From assembly GCA_050613775.1 (NCBI GenBank), contig JBODTK010000128.1:62001-126000 (forward strand): a DNA stretch of 64,000 nt. The letters run 5' to 3'. Within the stretch, counting starts at the first letter, position 1. Every line of letters begins with the position of its first letter. Below the pieces are notes generated by a model, which worked only from the letters and a program-made list of their open reading frames with translations, searched no databases and was not told where the DNA came from. This DNA is from Neocallimastix sp. 'constans' (Eukaryota). This document shows, in pieces, positions 21,591 to 42,239 of the stretch. The position numbers and the translations under genes were made by a program.

Positions 21591-24491
21591 ATGTATACAA
21601 TATGCAAAGATTCATTTGTTGATTCTGTTAAAGCATCTCAAAATTCTTTAACTTTTTCAAATATATCTTTTTTATTAAATTCAATACCTGAATCTATAGT
21701 AATAATATCGGAAAATGGAATAATCCTTGAAATCAACACTGCTACTTCCAGATTATTTGGCTGGAATAAAGATGAAATTGTAAAATAAATAAAATTTTAT
21801 TATATATATATTTTATAATATTTTAAGTAATTTATTATTATTATCATTATTATATTTTCTAATAAATTATAAATTTTTTATATGATGAAAAAATAAATAA
21901 TATATATATATTTGATATAATATTTTATTTTATGAATAAAAAATATAGAATAGGTTATTCACTTAGTTATATATAAAGTGTATTAAATCTATTCACACTA
22001 AATATATATTAAATACATATATTTAATATAAAATAGAATATGTATATTATATTAAATATATTATATATATTCTATTTTATATTAATTTTTAATAATATAT
22101 ATTATTTTATAAAATGAAAAATAAGAAATAGTATTAATAAATTAATACATTTATTAATAATAATATTTTTTTTTTAAATATATATTAAAAATAATTTATA
22201 GATAAATAAGAAAAATATCAGTTTTTTATTAACAAATAGAGATGGTGAAAAGTTAATGAAAACAATTAATAATGAAGAATTATCTTCGTTTAATGAAAAT
22301 ACATATCATTATCATGGTTTGAATAAGAATGGATTAACATTCCCATGTGATATAAGCCTTGGGATGTTTCCAAAATCATTATTAGATAATTCTACATCAT
22401 CGTCATCATCAGATGATTTATCAAATCCAGCCATAATTGCGGTAATTAGTGTGATTAAAAAAGGCTATCGTACAAGTGATTCGGTTTTATTTGATTTAAA
22501 ATCAAGATACCAAAATGAATATGATGAAATTGAAGCTCTTGGAAAAGGTGGATTTGGTCAAGTTTATAAAGCAAGAAATCGTCTTGATAGTCAGTTATAT
22601 GCTATTAAAAAAATAAAATTACAAAGTAAACCAAAAGAGTTTAGTAGTTCATTTGATTTGCAAGCATTTGAAAATTTAAAATCATTTAATTCCAATAATA
22701 CTACATCAACAACTACATCTAATCTTTCATTTCTTTCAGCTGAGGATTTAAGAATTGTTAGAGAGGTTAAAACATTTGCACGTATATCAAATCATCCTAA
22801 TATTGTTAGATATCATGCATCATGGATAGAAGTTGAAGAAAAAATTAAAAAAAGTAAGAGAAAAGATTCATTTGATAGTGATACCATAAGTGATACCAGT
22901 AGTGAAGATGAATATGATGAAACAAATGAAACAGATAGTGAAGAAAGTAATGTTAGTGATGATGGAAATGAAAATAGTGATAAAATTTTTAATAGTTCAT
23001 CTGAAGAACTACAACAATTGAATTCAAATTTGGATGATGATGGTAGTTATTCCTATTCAAATAATATTAATGTAAGTCATGATGTTAATTTTCATAGTCA
23101 TGGTGATAGTATTAATGAAGAAATAGATCCAAATAATCAAGAATCAAATAATGATTTCATTATATCGTTTACTGATACTAGAAATTCAGAAAGTCGTAAT
23201 AATTCAAATGATTATTTAATTAATATGGAAAATTTAGTTAGCGTTCATAGTAATGAAAGTAATAATAGTAAAAATGATGATGATACAACTAATATTAATA
23301 GTTCTGAGGATTCATCATATAATCCATTTTCATTTAGAATTGATGATGAATCTCTTTCTCATAATAAAATATCAATACGTAAGTGTACCAATCACAGTAG
23401 TGAAATTTTATTTTCTAAAAATGAAAAGTGCAAAAAAGATTTGGAACCCATAAATACATCTATAATAAAGCCATCAGAAAAGAAAAATAAATTGATGCTT
23501 TATTTAATCATTCAAATGGAACTTTGCTCAGGTCAAACTTTAGAATCCTGGATTCATGAACGTAATGAATTAACTGAAAAAAAGGAAATTTATGTAGATA
23601 GAAGAGTTATATTTAAAATTTTTAAGCAAATTGTTCAAGCTATTGCTCATGTTCATTGGAATGGTTGTATTCATAGAGATGTCAAGCCAGCCAATGTATT
23701 TTTACAAGATGATTATCATATTTTATTAGGTGATTTCGGTCTTGCTAAAGATGTTAATTTTTCTGTTTCTCCATCGAAAACTGAAACTGTTCCATGTTCT
23801 ACAACTCTTGTTGATAATGAAGATGAAATGGAAGAAACCGAAGTATCTTTTGAATTTAAAGAAATAAAGGATAGTGAAACTAAAATTTCTTCAGATAATA
23901 TATCTAAATTACATAAATTTACTTCTGGGGTTGGTACTTATATATATGCTTCACCTGAACAATTAGCTTCATCTCAAGGCTATGATAATAAAACTGATAT
24001 TTATTCATTAGGTATTTTGTTGTTTGAATTATTATGGCCATTTAAAACAGGAATGGAACGTATTAAAACTTTAACAAATATAAGAAATGGTAAGTTCCCT
24101 GAAAACTTTGTTGAAAAATGGCCATTGGAATTACCATTTTTACGTAGTTTATTAAATCCTGATCCAACTTTAAGACCTACTGCTCAAGAAATTTTAGATT
24201 CAGAAGTTTTGAATATTAATTATATTACACCATTATACAATAATCCAACCAATTTATTAAATGCACTTGATTTACGAGTTACTCGTGTCTCATTGGAACC
24301 CACTGAAAATGTAACGTTTGATAGAACATCTTCTAAAGAAAGAAAAAAGGGTCATAATAAAACAATGTCTAATGCAACAAAAATGATTAAAAATTATGGT
24401 GATTGTGGTGCTTGTAAACAAAAAGATATGGCAATTTCATCATTTAGGAGTCAGTATATTAAAACAAAAGAACAAATGGCATATCTAGAAG

Positions 24492-24542
<51 letters not shown>

Positions 24543-24948
24543 ATATATTTATTTATTTATTTATTAAATTCTTAAATTGTTCTATATTTTTTTTTTTAAA
24601 TATGAAATGAAAATTAATATATGTAATAATAATAATAATAATAATATATTGTAAATGTAAATAGATTCAATTGAAAAGGCTTCTAAACGTGTATGGGTAG
24701 TTTCTATCGTAACCTTTATACTTGGATGCGTTATTACTTTAGGTATTACTCTTCTTATTCTTTGTAGAAATGGTGGCTTATTTAACACCTCATCGACAAT
24801 TTATTCTGAACCATCTGCAATTGAAATTAAGAGTAGTTTAAATACCAATAACAATTTTGATTCATCAGCTTTTGTATCAGAAGATACAAAACTAAGTTCA
24901 TCTGTATTTAATACTCCTGTAATTAGCACTGAACCAAACGTATTTTAA
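21591..24948 (+). CDS. eIF2-alpha kinase (HRI-like catalytic domain) with N-terminal PAS domain and C-terminal transmembrane helix, about 920 aa; exons 21591-21779, 22202-24491, 24665-24948
   Basis: SRYQNEYDEIEALGKGGFGQVYKARNRLDSQLYAIKKI, HPNIVRYHASWIE, long acidic insert, LIIQMELC, HRDVKPAN, GDFGLA, TSGVGTYIYASPEQL, PFKTGMERIKTL. Both GT-AG introns keep the frame. PAS and TM evidence is given under findings. Confidence 0.9.
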
Positions 24949-25222
24949 TACTGAAGGTAGTGCAACGATAGTAGTAGATATGTGTAAAAATCAAAATGGT
25001 AATATTAAAAACTCTTGAAAGTATTGGAAAGAAATTGTTAAAAATAATGATTAATATGGAGATAATAATAATAATAAAAAAAAAAAAAAAATAAAAATAA
25101 AAATAAAATAAAAAAAATAAAAATAAAAATAAATAAATAAATAAAAATTAAAATTAAATAAAATAAAAAGATAGTGAATATAATAAAAAAAAATGTAATA
25201 TATATTATAATAAGAAAGTATT

Positions 25223-25267
<45 letters not shown>

Positions 25268-25346
25268 GAAGAGAAAAAAAAATGAAAAAAAATGAAATAT
25301 GAAAAAATGTAAAAAGAAAATATGTAGAACAGAATTATTTATTTAT

Positions 25347-25377
<31 letters not shown>

Positions 25378-25989
25378 GAAAAAAAGAAGATAAAAAAAAA
25401 ATGAAAAGTGAAAATAAAAAAGAAAATAAGAAGTGATTTATTAAAATGAAATTAATAAATAAATGAGTAAAAAATTAGGTAAATAAATGAATAAATAAAA
25501 GAATAAATAAAAGAATAAACAGATTAATTAATTTAAAGATTAATTAATATATTAAGTAAATTAATGAAAAAATAAATGAAATATAGTAATTGTATTATTA
25601 TGAGTTTATAAATTTAATTATATCTCAATATAAATATGATTAATAGTATTATTTATTTTTTAAATAATTGAAATTGATACATAAACATTTTCATTATTTA
25701 AAATATTAAATTTCTACCAATAAAATCTTTACTATAAAAGGATAATAAATAAATAAATAAATAATAAATAAATAAAAATAAATAAATGAAAAAATAAAAA
25801 ATAGATAAATAAAAGATAAATAAATAAATGTTAATGATAATATTTAAATATGAGATTAACGTAATAAAGTGTAATACACAATATATTAATATAGAAACAT
25901 TTAATTTAGAATAATTATAAACTATATTAATAAAGCTAATATAATTATAAATCATAAATTCCTGACTCTTAACATAAATAAAAGTGTTG

Positions 25990-26590
25990 CTAATAACAAT
26001 AATAGTATTGATAGTGAAAAAAAGGAATATTAATGATTTTGAAAATATTAGTATCATTACAAATAATATTGTGAATAGGTCAGTTGGTGAAAATCTTGTT
26101 AGTAATTTTCTAAATAATGAGTGGTACCGATGATATAACTTCCTTCTTGGTGGAAAAGAAGCAGACGTTATTGACTTAGATTATAAAAAGGAATGTGATA
26201 CTTTTTTTTTTTTTTTTATTTTTTTTTTTTAACAACCAAATCATTTCTGGTGATTATTTTAAAACGCCATCCTTTAGTGCAATCTTTGGCTCTCTTTACA
26301 GAAATTATGCCTAAGACTAGTATTCGAAAAAGAATGTTGTTCACATAACAGTATAAGCACAAACTAATCAGGAGCTTTAACCCTGAAAATGTAGTAAGAC
26401 AGGACCAACAGGGCCAATGTCTCTGAAAGAGAAGATCATAATTTCTTTCAAATTGTCAATTCAAACCTTAATCCGAAATAAGAATTCCATTTAAGCAGAA
26501 ATCTTATAATCTAGAGGTGGAGTTCATTACATATGGACTTTTTTCTGAATTTGCTATATGCTTTATTTTGAATATTTCTTTTATTTCACA
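25990..26590 (+). mobile_element. Decayed LINE-like 3' end, family B copy 2
   Basis: Shares long blocks with 17290-17820 (ttccttcttggtggaa, ttattttaaaacgccat, tgtagtaagacaggNccaacagggccaatg, ttgtcaattcaaaccttaatcc). Contains a poly-T insertion and frameshifts. Confidence 0.65.
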
Positions 26591-27067
26591 TTAATATTTA
26601 AAATATTAGTATGTTCAAATTGGACAAATAATATTTATTTTTTTATTAATTCTGTTTTTTTTTTTTTTTTTAGAAAAAAAAAATATTCATATAATTGTTA
26701 AATGAATAAATAAATAAAGTTAAAGTTCACAATAATTGCAACGACAAAAAAAAAAGATCATATATATAAATTAGAAAATTAATAAATTATTAAATAAATA
26801 TTTATAATTAATGAATAACAATAAAGTTTTATTTTATTATAATAATTTTCATTAATAATAATCAGTTTTTAAATATATTTGTATCTATATCTATTTACTT
26901 TTTTTTAATATGTATAGTTAATAAATAAAAAAGTATATATATATATTATATCTATGTATGTATGATAACAATTTTAAGAAATATTTCTAATGTATATTTA
27001 ATACTTTTATTTATTCATTTATTATTATAATTACAAATTTTATATTTTATTTTATTATTATTAAATT

Positions 27068-31611
<4,544 letters not shown>

Positions 31612-32036
31612 TACTAGTATAATTTATTTAATAATATTTAAAACCGTTTTTATTTTTAATTTTTTTATTAATATTATTATTTTTTTATAAATAATTAATA
31701 AATAAAATAATACCTAGCTTCTAATAATGATTTTTTACTTCATTATTAAATTGATAGTTTGAAATTAAAGTTTAATTTATAATTAACAATTAATATTTAT
31801 TAAAATTAAAAAATGAAATAATTGAATTTTTACCAATCATAATCTTATTTTAATTATTTTTTTTAAATATTAAATAAAATATATTTTTAAATTAATTAAC
31901 CAAGGAAAATGAATTACAAAAAAAAAAAGGTTAACATAGAAAAATAATTAGTGATTAATAGATAAACTTTTGAACATGAAATTTTAGATGAATGTAAAAG
32001 TAAATAAAAAATAAAATAACAAATAAAAAAAAAGAA

Positions 32037-32255
32037 GATATTTATTAAAATCAATGTTTTATTTTTATTTATATAATAAAACGATTAATTATGACTATTG
32101 TAAAAAAAAAAAAAAAATTAAAATAAAATAAAAAAAAAAAAAAGATATTTATTATTAAAATCAATGTTTTATTTATATAACAAAACGATTAATTATGACT
32201 ATTGTAAAAAAAAAAAAAAAAAAAAAATTAAAATAAAATAAAAAAAAAAAAAAAA
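32037..32255. repeat. Tandem duplication, about 105-bp unit x2
   Basis: gatatttatt..aaaatcaatgttttattt..aaaacgattaattatgactattgtaaaa(n)ttaaaataaaataaaa occurs twice back to back. Confidence 0.85.
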
Positions 32256-32569
32256 TATAATAAATAAATAATAAACATAAAAAGATAAATAAATATTAAT
32301 AAATAAAAATAAACACAAAAGAATATAAATAAATAAATATAGAATAAATAAATAGATAAATAAATGAATAAATATATTCAAAATAGATAAATAAATATGT
32401 AAATATATACATAAATAAATGTATAAATAAATAGTTATATTTTATTAATATACATTAAAAATTCAATATAGATTAAAAAAATATTAATTTTTAAAATTTT
32501 ATTGCTATTTTAAATATTTTAGATATTTTAAATATACATAACATTTTAAGTTATATAATAATGATATAA

Positions 32570-33450
32570 TGTCGATGTTTCGAATTTTTCATCAAATTCT
32601 TTAATAATTTCAAATTTTTACAAATAATAATAAAATCCAATTATATTTCACAACATCATTTAAGTCAGCTGATTTCTTTTTTATTTTTTGGAAAGTAAAG
32701 TATCACCCATTATTTGTACCATAGAATAGTATATATTAGGATGAATAGGAATATGGACGTTTTTACATATTTGGTATTTTTGTTTTCTTCAAACCATGAT
32801 TTTTCATTTCTTCTTCTTCATATTCAGATACTTTTCTGTCATGTTTTCATGCATTATTTATTTCTTTGATATAACTTTTAAAATAAAATATTACTATTGA
32901 TTATTTAATAGCGTTAATTTTTGTTGATACATTAATTTTTTCATCTTCCAAACCTCTTTTATGTATACCACTAATTTTTAAACACCTATTTAATAAAGAA
33001 GAACTAGAAGAACCTATTTCTATTGATATTATATGAAAATAATAAATACTAGAAAAAAATATTACTCCTTAGAATATTTTTTCTTAGAATATTGAAAAAT
33101 ATATATTAATGATTATCATTATAATCATAATCCTCATCACATGGAACAAGGAAAGCATCTTTTTTTTTTTATAATGATTTTTGAATATAAATTATATTGT
33201 AATTGAATAAATGTGATATTAATCAATTTAGAAGAAGTGAATATAAAAGTATTATTTAAATCAATAACATAAGAATTTTTGTCTTTGATTATTATTTGCT
33301 AAATGATTATTTTTAAAATAATTGAATTGATTATAACAAAGTTTTTATTTTTTAAAAAATATAAACAAAAAATATGATTATTTGTTATTAATCCATATAA
33401 TGACTTTTCTTCAGATGGCATTGATAGTATAAAAAATTAATGCATGGTCT
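32570..33450 (-). pseudogene. Decayed trypsin-like (Trypsin_2/V8-type) serine protease gene
   Basis: Ordered remnants LYGLITNNHIF (His), FIFTSSKLINITFIQL (Asp site now N), YFHIISIEIGSSSSSLLNRCLKISGIHKRG...INVSTKI (GSSGSP site decayed). Stops and frameshifts lie between them. Confidence 0.6.
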
Positions 33451-34860
33451 AAATATTTTTATTATATAATTATTTTCATTAACATATAATAAAATGAAAA
33501 TAAAATAATTAATATTAAATGTAAAAAAATAAAATTATTATAAATAATTAAAAATAAAATTAAAAATAAAAAGATAGAAACAATTAATCTTTTTTTTTTT
33601 TATATAATAATATAACAAAAGATAAAAAAAAAAGTAATGAATAAATAAACTAAATTATATTAAAAAGTTGTCAAAAAATTTTAAAAGATTCTAATATATA
33701 TAACATATATATATAATGTTAAAAATAATGTTTAATACTAAATTGATATAAAAGAATTATTAAATATATATATATATATATGTATATCAATAAAACAAAA
33801 AAAGTTAATATTGGAAATAAATAAATATATATATATACATATATAAAATATGCTCAGACTTTGTTAAATGTAAATACTATATACACCCAAATATATATAT
33901 ATTTACATATAATAAAAAAATTTTCTCAAATCATTTATTTCAAATGAAAAACTCTATATTATAATTAATATAATAAATTCATTACTACAGTAATAAAAAA
34001 AAATAATTAAATACTATATAAAATGAATAAAAGATTAACAAAATTCAATAATAAATATAGTGATTGTTCTATTTAATTATATAGAAAAATAAATAAATAA
34101 ATAATAAAGGTAAACAAAAAACATAAAGACTTGTATTAATAAAAAAATTTTTTTTTACTTTTAATATTTTCAAATTCCTTTTTTCATATTTTGTTTTTGG
34201 ATTTATTATTATTATTATTATTATTGATAACAGTATAATATATTAATTAATATTATAATGTTATACTAAAGTTGTAGTAAAATTCTAACTTTTAAGAAAG
34301 AACTATTTTACAACTTTTAATGATAAAAATTATAAAAAGAAACTTTGTTTATTTTTTTATAAAAATAAACTATTAATTTTACACAAAATTTATTTTATAA
34401 ATAATTACACAAAAATTATTTATAATTCAAAGAAGTTATATTCTCAATAATATAACTTAAAAATATTAATTATTTATTATTTAATTTATTAATAATACTT
34501 CATTATATTTGACTAATTATTTCTTCTCTTTTCATAAAAAGTCCCCTTCTAAACGTTTATTTACATTTTCTTTTTATGAATTATTATTCTTTTTAGATTA
34601 ATATAGTTCATAACTTAATTTAATATATTTCTTAATAATATAATAGAACAAAGACATAAAATAATATATAATAAGGTTTAAAGATAATATATTATACTAA
34701 TTTAGAGTAATTAAAATATAATTTTAATATAACTTTAAAGAATATAGAAATATAAATTAATATAACTTTTCTAATACATTAATTTGATACATTTGTATTG
34801 ATTTTCTTTGTTTACATTTTTTTTATGAAATTTACTTAATATCTTGAAAATTCTTTATCA

Positions 34861-34900
<40 letters not shown>

Positions 34901-35034
34901 TTATTTTATCTAAAATTATTTATTAATATTGGTAGTTTTCAGTAAATGTATATATATTTTCTCTTTTATTCTTTTTTTTTAAATATTTATATCAATCATT
35001 CTTTATTAATATTTTTATTTCATTATATATACAA

Positions 35035-35145
35035 ATGAATATTCATTTTTTACAGGTTAATATAATGAAATTATTTTTTTATTAATAAGAGTAGTTCATA
35101 ATATATATATATATATAATATAATAACCACATATATATAAATAAA

Positions 35146-35178
<33 letters not shown>

Positions 35179-35820
35179 AATAGTTAATAATATTTATATA
35201 ATATAAATAATAATTTAAAATATATTGATTTTTATCATTATTTAATTTTTTTTTGTTTTTTATTGGTGTTTATAGTTTCAATTACTAATGCTATCAATAC
35301 TAGTATGATTGTTTTAATAATATTTAAAAGCTTTTTTATTTTTAATTTTTTTATATTATTTTTTATAAATAATTAATAAATAAAATAATACTTAGCTTTT
35401 AAGAATGGTTTTTTTACTTCATTATTAAATTGATAGTCTGAAATTAAAGTTTAATATATGATTAACAATTCATATTTATTAAAATTTAAAAATGAAAATA
35501 ATTGAATTTTTACCAATCATAATTTTATTTTAATTATATTTTTTTAAATATTATATAAAATATATTTTTAAATTAATTAACCAAATAAAATGAATTATAA
35601 ATGTTAACTTTTTTTTTAATTCATTTTATTTGGTTAACATAAAATAATTATTAGTGATTAAGAGATAAACTTGTGAACATGAATTTTTTGATGAATATAA
35701 AAGTAAATAATAAATTATATAATAAGTAAATAACAAATAAAAAAAAGGTTAATTATTATTATCAATATATTATTTTTATTTATTTATATAGCAAAACAAT
35801 TAATTATGACTATTATACTA
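35035..35820 (-). pseudogene. Decayed duplicate of the Zwilch 5' region (upstream region, first coding exon, part of the next intron)
   Basis: Colinear with about 31345-32100. Start codon lost (tatcattactag -> tatcaatactag) and part of the exon deleted. Confidence 0.85.
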
Positions 35821-36073
35821 TTATAAAATATAATAATAATAAAATAATAATAATAATAATAATAGTAAATAATAAATAAATAAATAAATATAAATAAAAT
35901 AAATAAATGAATATATAAAAATAGATAAATATATAAATAAATAATAAAAGGATAAATTTTATTATTTATAATAATTTTAACTGCAAAAACTTTGAATAAT
36001 TAATTAAAAAAATTACTATATATATTTAAAAATAAAATTTAAAGTTTTGTATCTATAAAGTTGACATGCATGA

Positions 36074-36125
36074 AATTAAATATATTATTGTCAAATTAAT
36101 TAACTTGACAATAATATATTTAATT
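36074..36125. repeat. Inverted repeat with perfect 21-bp arms
   Basis: aattaaatatattattgtcaa (36074-36094) and ttgacaataatatatttaatt (36105-36125) around attaattaac. Confidence 0.9.
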
Positions 36126-36848
36126 ATTTATAATTTAAAGTTTAACAATTTTTATATATTAGTGATAATACTTTTAAACTTAGTTCATAATATTATAAAA
36201 AATTAACTATTATAATTAAAATCTAACAAAAAAAAAAAAAAAAAAAGTAATAAATATTGTTTATATTTATTATTTTCAATAATATTAAATATATATTATT
36301 CATAAATATTATTACCATTTATTTAATCAAATTCCTTTTTCTTTTTATTGTTTTTCTTTATTTTATTCAAATATGTATGTTATAATAATTTTATATGATT
36401 TTTTATTAAAAAAAAAATAGTTTTTATATCAGTAATATCTCTATCATAGACCTAAAAATTATTTTTAAATTTTATGCGTAAGATAAAATATTGGAAAAAA
36501 TTTTTTGAATGTTACATATTAATTTATGAATATTATTTATAATTAAAATTTAATTATTGAACATAATTATGGAAACAAAGTTGTCGTAAATTGTCTTAAA
36601 ATTATTTTTACTATTTTTTTATTTATTTATTTATTTTTATTTTTATTTTTTTATTTAATTTATTTTATCTTATTTTATCTAATTTTTATTTACTTTATAT
36701 TATATATTATTATTTTTTAAAAAATATTATTAATACTTTTTTCGTAAAAATCTTTGTTAATATTTTTTTATAAAAATTTTTTATAATATTTTTTTCATAA
36801 TATTTATATTTTAATTTGTATAGGTTGTAGATTAAAAAAGAATACTTA

Positions 36849-40930
<4,082 letters not shown>

Positions 40931-41034
40931 AAGAAAAAAAATAAATCTTTTTAATCTGATTTTAATTGTAAATAATAAAAGATTTATAATCTTTCCAAAA
41001 TTTTAATAATGTATAATTATTTTAAAATATTATA

Positions 41035-41069
<35 letters not shown>

Positions 41070-41210
41070 TAAATAGAATAAATATTATTTATGCTATAAT
41101 ATCATTATGTATATTTTATAATAAAATCAATATCTTTAAAAAATTAAATATATTTTCATTTATATAAAAAAATATATATATATATTTAAAATTTTAATTA
41201 TTTTATTGCT

Positions 41211-41273
<63 letters not shown>

Positions 41274-41669
41274 TTATTTTACAAATTTTCCTATTTAATA
41301 ATTTAATAATAATTATTGTTATTTTAAAAAAATTACAAAATTTTCAATTAAATATATAATCAATTACTAAATATTATTTTTGGTAATTTGATTTTATTCT
41401 TTTACCTATCAAAATTTTATTTAATTGAGTATTCAAATATAAGTATATTTACTGCAATTTTTCTTTAACTTTTAATTCTAATTATAAATATAATTTATAT
41501 ATTTATTATATATATATATATATATATATATTTATTTTCATTACTGATATACATTTAAATTAAATTACTTTTTATTTTTGATTTATCGATTTAGTATTAT
41601 TTTATATTTATTGTTTTCAAAAATTTAATTATAATAATTATAATGTGTTAATGTGTTAATATTTTATTA

Positions 41670-42141
41670 TCAATTAATTTTAAATTTCATTAAACTACAT
41701 TTTTCCAATGAATTAACAATTTCTACATTATTTTTGTCTTTTAATGAAATTGGATCTGATTCTGTGATACAAATTGTTCTGGGTATAAATTTTGAAAAGT
41801 TCTCTATAGTTTCAACATTATCATCTATAAATATATATGGTTCAATGTGCCTTGCAATATGACCTTTTCCTGGGGCAGTTGAACAAAATAGTACCTTATT
41901 GATATTTAAAATACCTGTTTTAAAAATTTCATGCTTACTTATTGAATTAAATATTTCATTTTGTTCATTTTCATCTTTAACTTGAATTACAATATATATA
42001 TCGAAATTATCGGATAAAGCAAACAATGTTGCAATTTGCTTGTCATCAATTTCTTTTGGATTTGATGAATTTAATATAATCTAGTTTTATTAACAATTTT
42101 AAATTTATAATAAAATATATTATTAAAATGATTTAATAAAA

Positions 42142-42187
<46 letters not shown>

Positions 42188-42207
42188 TTTATTGTTTTAA
42201 ATATATT

Positions 42208-42239
<32 letters not shown>

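Noticed and set aside
22202..22330. FixL-type heme ligation by the kinase PAS domain
   Set aside because: No His at the helix position equivalent to the FixL proximal ligand; heme binding cannot be claimed from sequence.
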